Both the position numbers and the translations under genes were made by a program. The notes under the pieces were generated by a model. It was not told the DNA's origin, ran no database searches, and saw only the letters and a list, made by a program, of their open reading frames with translations. DNA of 64,000 nucleotides, from positions 205,284,001 to 205,348,000 of the forward strand of contig NC_086097.1 in the NCBI RefSeq assembly GCF_963921235.1. The letters run 5' to 3'. Positions 51,078-64,000 of the stretch are shown in pieces. The stretch is from Mobula hypostoma. Its lineage: Eukaryota. Each line of letters opens with the position of its first letter. Position 1 is the stretch's first letter.

Positions 51078-53342
51078 CAGGTATTTATTGAAGGACAAGT
51101 TTACCTTACAGTTTAAAAAGTGAATGGCAGCTGAAGTGAGCTTTTGCCCATCAGCCATCATATAATAAAAATATTTATTAACTAAAAAATCTTGCTTTTT
51201 TGGCTTTTCTTTAATAAACCTCGAAATAAATCAGATCTTCGCAAATCTCATTCAGTTTTAGTAAGAGTCTCTTTCTCATACAGGAATTGACCATCAAAAG
51301 TCTAAATTCAAAGTACCTTTTTATTGCATAACATAAAAAACAAAATCACAATTGTTATCTCACTAAAAATTTCTTGAGAACCTTCTAGTTTATGTCAGCT
51401 AGGGAAATATTCTCTATATCCATTTTGTCCTGCAAATATCTTTCAGTTCTTAAAGGGAACTAAACTTTTCTTTGAAATCAGGATTAAATAGATAAACATT
51501 TAATTATTTCGACATGCATACTAGCCAGTTGGCTTTGGTATTACAGAGAACATTGGCTATCCAATGATTCCATTTCAATATATAGGATTTGAATGACAAA
51601 ATCCATTTGCTTTTCTTCCTTGTTGAAGATGTTAATTTGTGGAGCAAATAGTTCCCCAGTGAGGTAATGAACCCAAATTTCTGAAGTGAAGTTCAATGAT
51701 TCTAAGCTGACATATTGTGGATCTGGCACATATGACTGCAAAAGATTTTCACAGAATTTGTAGACTCTGTGGAAGGAAGCAGTGTAAAGTGGTTCATTCG
51801 ATGATGTTAGTGAGATAGCCAAGTTTCCCCAATCTCTCAATAAGCTTTTCCTCTCAGAAAAGGAACAGTATTGAATTTATGTGCCCCATTCAATTTCGGA
51901 AAGTTATTATGGAATTGGCAGCTCCTGTTCAAGTTCGCAACTAAAATGATCAGCCTACTCTGATATGTTTTTATTTATCAAAATTAGATTCCTCCTGATA
52001 AGACCATAAAACATAGGAGCAGAATTCAACAATTTGGCCCATCAAGTCTGCTCCACCATTTAATCATGGCTGATCCTTTTCTCCCCTCCTCAGCCCCAGT
52101 TCCCGGCCTTCTCCCCATGATCTTTGGTGCCGTGTCCAATCAAGAACCTGTCAAGCTCTGCCTTAAATACACCCAATGACCTGATCTCCATAGCCGCATC
52201 TCTATTTTAAATGGATGCTCCCCCGCCCCCGATCCTGAGGCTGCGCCCTCTTGTCTGAGACTCCCCCACCATGGGGAATGTCCTCTCCACATCTACTCTG
52301 TCTTGGCCTTTCAATATTCAAAAGGTTTCAATGAGATCCCCCCTCATCCTTCTAAATTCAAGCAAGTACAGAACCAGAGTTATTAAACGTTCCTCATATG
52401 ATAATCCTTTCATTCCAGGAATCATCCTCGTGAACCTCCTCTGAACCCTCTCCAATGCCAGCACATCTTTTCATAGATGAGGAGACCAAAACTGTCCACA
52501 ATACTCAAGGTGAGGGCTCACCAGTGCCTTATAAAACCTCAGCAACGCATCCCTGCTCTTGTGTTCTAGACCTCTTGAAATGAATGATAACATCGTATTT
52601 GCCTTCCTCACCACCAATTAACTCTACCTGCAACTTGACCTTCAGGGTGTTCTGCACAAGGGCTCCCAAGTCCCTTTGCATCTCAAATTTTTGGATTTTC
52701 TCCCCATATAGTAAATAGTCTGCACATTTATTTCTACTATTGAAGTGCATGATCAATCATTTTCCAATATTGTATTTCATTTGCCACTCTCTTACGCATT
52801 TTCCTAATCTGTCAAAGTCCTTCTGTAGCCTTTCTGTTTCCTTAACACTACCAACCCATTCACCAATCTTCTCATCATCTGCAAACTTGACAACAAAGCT
52901 ATCTATTCAATAATCTAAATCAGTGATACAGAGCATAAAAAGAACTGGTCCCAACACCGACTCTTGAGAAACAACACTAGTCACTGCCAGCCAACCAGAA
53001 AAGGATCCTTTTATTCCCACTGCCTCCTGCCAATCAGCCAATGCTCTAACCATGCCAGTAACTTTCCTGTGATGCCATGGGCTCTTAACTTAGTAAGTAG
53101 CCTCATGTGTGGCACCATGTCAAAGGCCTTCTGAAAGTCCTAATATACAACATCCACTGAATCCCCTTTATCTATCCTATATGTAATCTCCTCAAATAAA
53201 TCCAACAGGTTTGTCAGGCAAGATTTTCCCTTAAGAAAACCATGCTAACTTTGTCTTATCTTGTCCTGTGTCACCAGGTACTCCATAACCTCATCCTTAA
53301 CAATTGACTCCAACATCTTCCCACCCACTGAGGTCAGGTTAA

Positions 53343-54330
53343 TGTCATGGTCTGGTCTGTGAAGTCCGTATTCCGGTTCACAGTCTGGTCCATCGACCCT
53401 TGATCCAGGTTTTCCTGTCTACTCTGTTTCTGTTCTTGTTGAGCTCTAGTTGAACCAGCTGATGCTTGTTGGTGCTGGCTGCATAAATACCTTCAGAGAC
53501 CCAGGTGTGGCTGCTGGATTGTTCTTGTCCTTACTCCTTGTATCCCTTCCCCTGCCTTCTGTTTCCTGGCCTGAAGCCCTGCCTTGTCTTGCCGGTAACT
53601 CTTGCCTCACCTGAAGTTCTGTCTTGCCTTGCATTGCCTGAAGCCTTGCCTTGTCTTGCTGTCTTGTCCTAGAGCCACCCCGTACCAAGCTCCCTTCCTG
53701 TCCCTTGCTGTCGGGTAAGCCAGGCCGTCTTGCCGTTACCTACAGTTGGTTCTGTCCCTTGCCTCCGTCGGGTGGAGATCCATGCCCTGCTCAGGAGTAC
53801 CACACCCTGCCCAGGAGGAGCTTCCAGTCTCCTGTCTCCTGCCTCCAGCCTCCTGCCTAGCTTCAAGCCTGACGACTCCAGCCTCCTGCCTAGCCTCAAG
53901 CCTGACGACTCCAGCCTCCTGCCTAGCCTCAAGCCTGACGACTCCAGCCTCCTGCCTAGCCTCAAGCCTGACGACTCCAGCCTCCTGCCTAGCCTCAAGC
54001 CTGACGACTCCAGCCTCCTGCCTAGCCTCAAGCCTGACGACTCCAGCCTCCTGCCTCCTGCCAAGCCTCACCTCAAGTCTTTAAGACTCCAGCCTCGTCC
54101 TTGCCTAGTTCTGGGGTCCGAGCCAGAGGCAAGACCCAGGTACTGGGTCCTTGTCCAGTCTCTGGCTTGGAGTCCAAGCCCGGGCTCCTAGCTCTCTTGT
54201 CCAGTCCTGTTCCAGGTTCCTGGTTTTCGTGTCCATGTCCTTGCCCTCAGCCTGTATCCTAGTCCTGTCCCTAGTCCTTCAGTGTCTGTGTCTTGCACTT
54301 GGGTCCGTTCCCAGCCACCACCTTATGACA
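53343..54330 (+). mobile_element. Solo LTR A (988 bp, Gypsy-like)
   Basis: TGTCATG...TATGACA ends, 5-bp TSD GTTAA; the CR1 rejoins across it. Confidence 0.85.
53844..54056 (+). repeat. 33-bp minisatellite, 6 full copies + partial
   Basis: Unit TCCAGCCTCCTGCCTAGCCTCAAGCCTGACGAC; only one substitution seen (in the first unit). Confidence 0.97.
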
Positions 54331-54653
54331 GTTAACTGGACTGTAATTACCTTTCTGCTGCCTTCCTCCTTTCTTAAAGAGTGGAGTGACATTTTCAATT
54401 TTCCAGTCCTCTAGCACTTTGCCTAACTCCAATGATTTTTGAAAGGTCATTACTAATGCCTCCACAATCTCTACTGCTACCTCTTCCAGAACCTTAGGGT
54501 GCAGTTCATCTAGTCCAGGTGACTTATGTACCCTTAGTGCTTCTGCTTTTTGAGCACTTTCTCCCTTGTAATAGTAATTGTATTCATTTCTCTTCCCTCA
54601 CTCCCTTCAACATCAGGCACACTGCTGGTGTCTTCCACAGTGAAGACTGATGC

Positions 54654-55866
54654 TGTCATGGTCCGGTCCGTGAAGTCCGGATTCCGGTTCATGGTCCGGT
54701 TCAATTGTTCCTTATTCCAGGTTTTCTGGTTTTCCCTTTTTCTGGTGGGTGCTCTAACTGAGGTAGCTGATTCACACGTTGGGCTGGCTACTTAAATAGC
54801 TCCTTGGTTCAGCTTCAGTTGCTGGATTGTTCCTGTCAAAACCCCCTGTCTGAATCCCTCCTAGGCCTCTTCCTCCTGAAGCCTTGCCCTGCAACCAGTG
54901 TCTGTAGCCTTGCCTCGCCTCGCCTGCATCCTTTGCCTGCACCACTGTCAAGTTCCACCGTCAGAGCAAGACTGGAGCCTTGCTGTGTCAGAATAAGAAA
55001 TTCTGTTGGTGTCTGGAACTGTCTCTCTGTGTCCATGCCTTTGCTAGGTAGGTCTGGCTGTTTGCCACTACCTTGTGTTGGGAACTGTCTCTCTGTGTTC
55101 TGTGTACGAGTCCTGACCCTACGTCCTGCTCCCTAGGCGGGGTCCTGACTCTGTGTAGAGCCCCGCCCCCAAGTCCTGTTCCCAGAGAGGGGTCTTGGCT
55201 CTGTGTTCCTGACCTCCCTCGACCAAGGTTCTGAGTTTCTGTCTCCCAAGGCCAAGGCTCTGTGTTCTACATTCCTGTCTCTCAAGACCAAGGCTCTGCA
55301 TTCCTGTCTCCCTCGACCAAGTCAAGGCTTCATGTTTTCATCCTTTCCATGCACTTCACCCAGCCCGGTGCTGGGGTTCCCTCGTCCTGGGCAGGAGTCA
55401 CTCGTCCAGTCCTGTAGCCACGTCATGTCGTTGTCTAGTTCTGGAGTCCGAGTCAAGACCCAGGGTTTGGGTCCTTGCCCAGTCTCTGGCTTGGAGTCTA
55501 TACCTGAGCCTCGAAGGAACCCGAGCCACAAAGAACCCAAGCTTCGAGGAACCCAAGCCATGTCCAGTCCTGTAGCCACGTCATGTCCTCGTCTAGTTCC
55601 GAGGTCTGAACCCGAGTCAAGACCCAGGTTCTGGGTCATTGTCCAGTCTCTGGCTCGGAGTCCAAGCCCAGGCTCCTAGTTCCCAGTTCCTTGTCCTGGT
55701 CCCGCTTGCCTAGCCAATGTCCTAGCCCATGTCTGTGTTCTTGCCCCAGCTCCTAGTCTGCATCCAGTCACGTCCCTAACTCTAGTCTCTAGTCCTGTCC
55801 TGCTCCTAGTACTTCAGTGTCTGTGTCTTGCATTTGGATCCGCTCCCAGCGTCCCCCATTATGACA
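54654..55866 (+). mobile_element. Solo LTR B (1213 bp), related to LTR A
   Basis: TGTCATG...TATGACA ends, 5-bp TSD GATGC; first and last ~60 bp similar to LTR A. Confidence 0.85.
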
Positions 55867-58809
55867 GATGCAAAGTACTCATTCAGTTCATCTGCCACCT
55901 TCTTGGCTGCTATTAGTATTTCTCTGTCCTCATTTTCTAGAGGTCCTATATCCAATCTCATCTCTTTTTTATTTTTTATATACTTGAAAATGGTTTTACT
56001 ATCCACTTTGATATTGCTTGCTAGCTTGCTTTCATGTTCTCCGCAGCTTTTTAAAAGCTTCCCAATCCACTGTCTTCCTGCTAATTTTTTCTTTGCTGTA
56101 TGCGCACTCCTTTTTGCTTTTACATTAGCTTTGACTTCCCTTGTCAACCACAGTTGTACTATTTTGCCATTTGAGTATTTCTTTGTTTTGGAATACATCT
56201 ACCCTGCACATTCCTCATTATTCCTAGAAACTCACGCCATTGCTTTTCTGCTGTCATCCCTGCCTACATTCCCTTCCAATTTACTTTAGCTAACTCCTCT
56301 CTCATTTAGCTAACTCCTCTCTCATACCACTGTAATTTCCCTTCATCCACTGAAATATGGCTACGTCAGACTTTACTTCCTCCCTATCAAATTTCAAGTT
56401 GAACTCAATTATATTGTTATCACAGCCTCCTAAGGGTTCTTTTACCTTAAGCTCCCTGATCACCTCTGGGTCACTACATAACGCCCAATCCAGGATAGCT
56501 GATACCCTTGTAGGCTCAGTGACAAACTGCTCTAAAACAGAGTCTCACAGGCATTCAACAAATGCACTCTCCTGAGATCCATTTCCAACCCGATTTTCCC
56601 AATTGTCCTGCATGTTGAAATCTCCCATGACTATTATAACATTGCCCTTTTGACAGGCCTTTTCTATTTTCTGTTGTAATCTGTGGTCCACATGCCAGCT
56701 ACTGTTGGGAGGCCTGTATATAACTACCTTCAGGGTCCTTTTACCCTTGCAGTTTCTTAACTCAACCCACAAGGTTTCAACATGTTCCAGTTCTGTGTCA
56801 CATCTTTCTACTGATTTGATGCCATTCTTTGCAAGCAGAGCCACACTAATCCCTCTGCTGACCTTCCTCTCCCTCCGTTACAACATGTATCCTTGGACAT
56901 TCAGTTCCCAACTACAACCATCCTTCAGCCATGATTCAGTGATGGCCACAGCATCATCTACCAGACAATCTATAGTAGTGCAACAAAATCATCCACCTTA
57001 TCTCTTATACTCCACGCATTAAGATAAAACACTTTGAATACTGTATTTGCTACCCTTTTTGATTCTGAATCCCTAATGGACTGATTCTCACCCTGCTGGC
57101 TGCAACTTTGTACTATCATCCGCCTGCCCTTTCTGACAATTTGACTGCACGCTATCTTTGCTTTTTTCCCATCTGCCCTATCCTGAGACCCTTCACTCTG
57201 CTTTCCATTCCTCTGCCAAATTAGTTTAAACCCTTGGCAACAGTTCTAACAAACCTGCCCATGAGAATGTTGGTCTCCCTTAGGTTCAGGTGCAACCCGT
57301 CCCTTTTGAACAGGTCATACCTCTCCCAAAAGAGATCCTAGTGATCCAAGAACCTAAAGACCTGCCCCCTGCACCAGCTTCTCTGCGAGTCATTTATCTG
57401 CCAAACCACCCTGTTTCTACCCTCACTCGCAGGTGGCACAGGCAGCAATCCCAAAATTACTACCTGGAAGGTTCTGCTTCTCAGCTTTCTACCTAGCTCT
57501 CTAAACTCTTTTCAGGACCTCCTTGCTTTCCTTCCTATGTCATTGGTACCAATATGTACCGAAACATCTGGCTGCTCCCTCTCCCTCTCCAAAATGTGTG
57601 GACATGATCAGAGATGGCTCTGACCCTGGCACCTGGAAGGCAACATAGCATTGGTGTGTACCATTCATGTCCACAGAATCTTATGTCTGTTCCCCTGATT
57701 ATTGAGTCCCCTGTTCCTCTTCTCCCTCTTTACCTTCTCATTACCTTCAGATTTTACCCGATGGCATTCTGCATGGCCTCTAAAATGTTGTATTGTCACC
57801 TCATTTGTCAGATTATTCCTCATCTGATCACAATGTAAATCGATTGTGCTTTCGGTATTCTGTATCTTGCTACAGCTAATCCTCAGTCCATTCACGTGAG
57901 AAGTGCCATTTCCCCTAATATCTTTTCAATGGTTCACAGGGTGTTTTGACTCAGATTTCAGACTCTGATATCTTCTGACATGTGGTCGCTGGCTGCACCT
58001 CACTGTAACGTCTGTGTCAATGTGCATGCAGCTTGCTCAGAGGGCAACAATGCAGCCCTATTGCTGGAGCTCCTGGAACAGCCTCTTTCTAAATTGTCCT
58101 TGTTTATCTTGCATCTTCACTAAATGAGCTCCTTATATGTAAATCATCTCAGTCCTTTACTGGATGCATAACAATGATTTTGGAGTCTATTGCCCCTCCT
58201 ATCTCTCTTGCAAAGTCACAAGTCCGTAAGCCTTCACTACAGAATGACTCAAACAAGAAAACAAACACTAACGGGATCTGCAGCTCTTCCTTAAATATAA
58301 GTAGGGCAGTAAGATTTCTTCCAATACTATCTTCAACCATTTTACTATTTTTTTAGGACTCCATAGAACTTTTCCACCTGGCTATTCATCTGAAGTTCAT
58401 ACAATGAAAACATTGTGCTCATAATATATATACAGAACTATGAAGTAAAAATTCACATGGCCTGCTTTGACTTCCTTTTTAATAAACACATGAAGAAAAT
58501 CTTAAATAATACCTGTACTCCTCCAAGAAATCATCTCATCAATCAACAATGAAACTGAAAAATATTAGTTTATTCACACAGCATATCCAGCCATCTAGAT
58601 ATGTCTGACTTGATAAATGCATCATAATAATGAGCAGAGAAACCAATGGACCTGATTGTGAATCTTGAGTCCATACATATAACAGTCTGTACTTGGGGCA
58701 CTGAACACATGTACTCAGAACATCTTCCCAAAGCTTTCTTCTGTTTCTAGGTGATATACAAATATACTATGAGAACTAAAATCAAGATTCATTGTTCTTG
58801 CAAAATCAA

Positions 58810-59236
58810 AGAAAAGAAATCACCTGCTCCTGGGCTCACATCTATGAGGGACAAACGACACTCTGTTTGGCTGATTTAAGTGGTGGGCCAGATTGAAAAG
58901 ATCAGGGTGTCGGGGCTGGAGGAGAGCGATGGACTGGTGTTCAGTTCGCTGCTCTATGAGGTGCTCTCGTCCCTGCGCTGAACCAAGGCTATAACCTGCA
59001 CTAATGGGCTCCTGCATAACCTGTGAAAGGTTTTATGGCTGTGGACTCACTTTCATGAACTTCAGAACTGAATGATATTTTCTCTCTTTTATTGTTTGCA
59101 TGATTTGTTTTTATTTCTGCACATTGGAAGTTTGACGGTCTATTTTTTTTATGGGTTCTGTTAGGTTTTGTGGCTGCCTGTAAGGTTGTATATAATATGA
59201 ATACTTATGATAATAAATGTACTTTGAATTTTGAAC
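58810..59236 (+). mobile_element. LINE-like non-coding fragment with CTTTGAA-type tail
   Basis: Ends ATAATAAATGTACTTTGAATTTTGAAC, a tail similar to 28700-28720 and to the Rex tails. Confidence 0.5.
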
Positions 59237-59529
59237 TCCTCTGTACCCAGTGAAGGACTACTTTATACTATGCCCTTTTACCTAGAGCCTTTCATTATGA
59301 ATCACTACAAATTCTTGCTTCACACATTGTAGGACTGGAACATTTACTTGTTTTGTTCTTACCTGGCTGGGGAAGTTTCATGCCATTCCTAGTGAAATTA
59401 GCTTGGAAAGGCATATCTTTTCTTTATCTCTATCCTGAGATTAGAGACTTCAATGGCTTTCATCTGCACAATGTGATATTCATTGTCTATTGCAACTCTT
59501 GGTATTAGACAAACTAATTCCTATTCAAC

Positions 59530-60010
59530 AGGCACAAAATCCTGGAGGAACATAACAAATCAGACAGCATCTACAAGAATAGTCAACTTTTTGGACCAAG
59601 ACCATTCTTCAGGCTTGGAAAAGAAAGGGGGAAGACACCAGAATAAAAAAGTGGGGGGGGGGGGGAAGAAAAAGAGGATAGCGAGAAGGTGATAGGTGAA
59701 ACCTTGTGAGTAGGAAAGATAAAGGGCTGGAGAGAAAGGAATCTGATATGAGAGGAGAGGGGACCATAGGAGAAAGGAAGAAGGAGGGGATCCAGAAGGA
59801 TGTGATAGGAAGGAGAGAAAAGGTAAGAGGTTAGAGCGAGGAATAGAAGAAAGAGGGGATGTGGAGAGAATTTTTTCCACCAGAAGGAGAATTCAATACT
59901 CATGCCATCAGGTTGGAGGTTACACAGACAGAATATAAGATGCTGCTCCTCCACTCCGAAGGTGGCCTCATCTTGGCACAAGAGGAGGCCATGGACTGAC
60001 ATGTCAGAAT
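59530..60010 (-). mobile_element. Penelope-like 3' fragment
   Basis: MSVHGLLLCQDEATFGVEEQHLIFCLCNLQPDGMSIEFS on the minus strand, followed by a C/T-rich tail. Confidence 0.85.
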
Positions 60011-60319
60011 TGTATGCCTTGGATTCCTACATATTTAGCTAAATTAAGGAAAAAAAATAACTAAAACAGGGGCTGTACCTAAGCACAATTTGTCACCTAA
60101 GCACTTCAAATAGAACCATGAAAGAGAGGTCCTTGAACTCTACCTGGCCACGTTTGAACCAGGTAGCTCACAATTAGGAGGGTTTCACTGAGCTGGCACA
60201 TTAATAAAGTGAGATGGAGAAGAAGCAAGTTCTCATCTGACCTAGCTAAATCAGTCTAATGCTGCAGTAAATGGAACTGTGACAGACTCTTTGAATCAGT
60301 GGACTCTCTATGGGAGCAT

Positions 60320-61327
60320 TTCAAATTTCAAAGTAAAACAAAACTTATTGTTATTATTTTGTGCAAATCCAAATGTAAATAAATAGCAATAATGAGCATG
60401 AAATAACAAGATACAGAGTCCTTAAAGTGAGAGCATCGGTCATGGGAACACCAAAAATAGAAAGAGAATAGATATCCTCTTTTGTTCAAGTGTCTGGTGG
60501 CTGAGGGGAAGTTACTGTTCTTGAACCTGGTAGTGTGAGTCCTGAGGCACCTGTACCTTCTAACTGATGGCAGCAGCAAGAAAAGAGTATGTCCTAGGTG
60601 GTGAGGATCTTTGATGATGGATGCTGCTTTTCTACAGCAATGTTTTATGTAGGTGTGCTCAATGTTGGGAGGGCTATACCCAAGATGGACTGGGCTGAAT
60701 GTACTACCTTTTGTATGATTTTCCACTCAAAGGCATTGGTGTGCCCATACTAGGCCATAATGCAGCCAGTCAGCACTCATTCCACCACATGTCCATTGAA
60801 GTTTGCCAAGGTGTTTGATGACATGCCAAATTTCTCCTGAGGAAGGAGAGGTGCTGTCATGTTTTCTTTGCAATTCTGTTTTTATGACAGGTCCTCTGAT
60901 ATAGTGACAGCCAGGAATTTAAAGTTACTAACCCTCTCCACCTCTGATCCTCTGGCTCATGGACCTCTGGTTTCCCTCTCCTGAAGTCAACAATCAGTTT
61001 CTTGGTCTTATTAACGTTGAGTGAATGGTTGCTGTTATTACACCATTCAGCAAAATTTTCAATCTCCCTCTGGTATGCTGATTCATCCCCCACTTGATAC
61101 TGCCCACAAATGTGATGTCATTCAGCAAATTTGTATATGGTGTAGGAGCTGTACTTAGCAGGGGGCAAAGGAAACATCCCTGTGGTGCCTCTGAGCTGAT
61201 GGAGGTTGTGGAGGAGATATTTTTGCCAATTCAAACTGACTAGCATCTACCAGTGAGGAAACCCAGGATCGAATTGCACATGGGAGTTTTGAGGCCAAGG
61301 TCTTGGAGTTTACTGATTAGTTTTGAG
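60320..61327 (-). mobile_element. Rex1/Babar-like LINE, interrupted by a Gypsy element at 61328
   Basis: GDESAYQREIENFAEWCNNSNHSLNVNKTKKLIVDFR; KAASIIKDPHHLGH...RTHTTRFKNSNFP. Confidence 0.88.
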
Positions 61328-64000
61328 TGTATAGGGTAACGTAATTGGGAGAAATGTACATAATTCACACCACCAACGTTGAGTTGGGGTTTCGCATTAA
61401 GAGGCTGGTCTGATGTGATGACGTTATTGTGTAAATGGTTTTAGCACACTTTTATTGCGTAGGTTTCTGAGTTCAATAAAATGTGTTACAGGTTTTGTTA
61501 AACATAAAACGGCTCACTTTGTTTTATTTGCAGAAACTTACATTGTGATCCCAATGCTCTAGGACGATTCCAGAATTATTGAACATGTTGTCCAACACAG
61601 TCACTTTGAAATTGCTGGAGTTTTGGGAGTAAAAATGCCGTCACTTGGTTTGTACAAGCTGAGGACCAGTTCGCTCTGCGAGAAATCACTGGAGACGACA
61701 ACAAATTCTACTACGTGGTAGCGTTGCTCAGCAATTCCACGGTGGCAAGAGTGGCGAGTCTGCTTGAACACCCAGCTGAACATGATCCGCTGAAAACTCA
61801 CCTTTCACAGTCTTTTGGACTATCGAAGTCTGAGTGCACCAAATAGTTGCATTCCTTACCCGGTCAGGGCAAAGCTAGGCCTTCAAAGCTAATGGACAAC
61901 ATGCTGTCTCTCCTAGGAAATCACCATCCTTGTTTTATTTTTTAAAAAAATCTTCATGCAGAAAATGCCTGATCGAGTCACTAATGCGCCCCTGATGGAT
62001 TATACGGAGCTTGCTAAGATGGCTGATATTCTACACTCAGCTAGGCTGCAGTGTATTTCTGAGTTTCTGCACATACCATTTGGATTGAAAAATGCAGCAC
62101 AGACTTTTCAAAGGCTGATAGACTCTATATTAAAAGACTTAGATTTTCCTTTTGTTTACCTGGATGACAGACAGTACTTGTCGCCACTGCATCCAAGTCC
62201 GAACTCTTATCTTACCTCCGCACACATTTTAAGCGCTTAAGCCTACACAGGTTGATTATTAACCCTGCTAAATGCTAGCTTGGGTTGTCAACCATTGATT
62301 TTCTCAGCCATCATATTTCCACAGAATGTGCAAAACCCCGCCTATCAAAGGTAGCCACTATTATGGATTTCCAACTGCCCTGTACTATTAAAAATATGCA
62401 GGAGTTTTTAGGCATGGTGAAGTTCTATCACTGCTTCATTCCACGAGCTGCTGAGCTTACACTCCCCCTGTATAGTGCACTTAAAAGGCAATACCCCTAA
62501 TCATGTACTTGGCCGGTCAGTGGACATGACCAGGGCATTTGATAATACCAAATGAGCTCTTTCTAACATGACCTTACTAGCACACCGGCTCCCCAAAGCA
62601 CCCACAGCCATTATAACAGATGTTTCAGACTAAGCTGTGTTTGCTGTGCACGAACAGCTGGTTGGAGGTGTTTGGCAGCCACTCGTCTTCTTCAGACGGC
62701 AGCTCCTTCCCCTGAAAGGAAGTGAACACGTTTGACTGTGAGCTTCTCGGTCTCTGTCTGGCTGACTGCCATTTTTGTTTTCTTCGAGAAGGTAGGTATT
62801 TCACATTTGTTGACCATAAACCCCCATCCCCTGGGCACACAATTCCCAATATATCAATATAGCCCGGCAGCAATGCCACCTGACTTGTGTATCTGAGTTT
62901 ACAACAGATATACAACATACCAAGGAGAAAAATAATGCCCTGGCTGATTGCCTCTCATGGTTAGCCATTGAATCCGTTCACATAGGGGTTAATAATGCCC
63001 AGCAGGGTAGCCAACCAAGTTACTGACCCAGAGATCCAGGCTTACTGAACAGCAGTCATGGGTCTACAGTTGGCTGACATTAAGTTCTAGGAAGCTGGAG
63101 TTTTTCTCCTGTGCGATGTCTCAACTGGTCACCCTCGCTCTATTGTGCACGCAAACTGGAGATGAACTGTTTTCGACTCCATACATGTTCTCTCCCATCT
63201 AGGCTAGAAGGTCCCACAGAAACTGCTTGTACTAAAGTTTCTTTGACATGGCCTCAAAAAGTATTGGCATGATTAGCCTGCAGCACGTGTGGAGTGCCAG
63301 CGGGCAAAAGGTAACCATCATGTTCAGGCGCCATTGGCACCTTTTGAGCTTCGCTGAGTGGTGGTTTGACCACGTCAATATGGGCCTTGCTTGTCCTCTT
63401 ACCCCCTACTCGCTGTATCGCACATCTTCTTACCATGGTGGACCATACCACTAGATAGCCAAAGGTCTTTCCTCTAACATCAGCGACGTCTGCACATATG
63501 GCTTAGGCCTTCATCAGCACCTGGGTTGCTTGGTTTGGCACCCCATCTGATATTTCCACTGACCGCGATCCACAATTCATTTCAGCCCTCTGGGCTGCAA
63601 CGACCCAGAACCTCGGTGTTAAAATACATCACACCGTAATGAATCACCCACAATCCAATGGCCTACGCGAGCAGTTTCACTGCTCCATAAAGGTTGCTCT
63701 GAGGGCTTCCTTGGCCAATGAGTGTTAGCATAATCGGCTCCCAGGTGTCTTTCTGGGACTCAGAATTGCTCCAAAAGAAAGACCTGTTGTCGACCGTGGC
63801 TGAGTTGGTATATGAGCAGCCATTCCGAGTGAATAGTGATTTTATTCCTGACACCATGGCTTCCTGGTCAGCCCCTCAACAGCATTCCACCCTCCTCAGT
63901 AAATCCAATTCCTTTTCATCTATTCCTACCTCCCATCATGGTGCGCAGTACTCTTGGGTTCCTATTGACGTAAATTCCACCTCATTTGTTTTTGTCCGCC
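61328..64000 (+). mobile_element. Decayed Gypsy LTR retrotransposon (CsRn1-like), running off the window; 5' LTR ~61328-61542
   Basis: TGTA...TTACA LTR with AATAAA; degenerate Trp-type PBS TTGTGATCCCAATG; gag TWFVQAEDQFALREI; RT IPFGLKNAAQTFQRLID...VYLDD; integrase WFGTPSDISTDRDPQF, HPQSNG. Confidence 0.9.

Larger units (their letters stand above)
51998..57715 (-). mobile_element. Near full-length decayed CR1 LINE with two LTR insertions
   Basis: 3' tail ATAAGACCATAAAACATAGGAGCAG; EDWKIENVTPLFKKG; VIYRPPNSS...VMGDFNMQ (endonuclease); ORF1-like region ~57200-57715 similar to 17130-17580. Confidence 0.92.

Noticed and set aside
51541..51880. ~110-codon minus-strand open frame in non-repeat DNA
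   Set aside because: No recognisable domain, no early ATG, no convincing splice sites; roughly one such frame is expected by chance here. A BLASTX would settle it.
53669..54191. Repetitive ORFs (SSLLPSLKPDD)n / (LGRRLESSGLR)n, and a CRISPR-like appearance
   Set aside because: Translation of a 33-bp head-to-tail minisatellite inside an LTR; no unique spacers and no cas genes.
53343..55866. A single LTR retrotransposon with a 323-bp interior
   Set aside because: Each LTR has its own TSD, and the interior is host CR1 without PBS or PPT.
56285..56325. 20-bp tandem duplication (a similar one lies at ~8040-8089)
   Set aside because: Ordinary slippage inside decayed transposons.

Overview
Eukaryotic, AT-rich, repeat-dominated genomic DNA. 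The repeat mix (CR1, Rex/Babar, Penelope, RTE, Tc1, Chapaev3, Gypsy) is what I associate with cartilaginous fish, probably a ray; that assignment is inference. I could not support any host protein-coding exon, tRNA, rRNA or CRISPR array, so this looks like a large intron or gene desert, and nearly all long ORFs are transposon relics. Many insertions resolve to the base with target-site duplications (TSDs) and nesting order. The most interesting signals are: (1) a candidate HDV/CPEB3-like ribozyme variant at the 5' terminus of a full-length, TSD-bounded RTE retrotransposon; (2) minimal hammerhead ribozyme motifs in Penelope tails; (3) an isolated 238-bp palindrome with 80-bp arms; (4) a 1.3-kb TRIM-like Gypsy deletion derivative; (5) two related solo LTRs inserted independently 323 bp apart, one with a near-perfect 33-bp VNTR; (6) an ancient Harbinger transposase fossil. 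Family names come from recognising motifs by eye, not from database searches. Boundaries without a quoted TSD are approximate.
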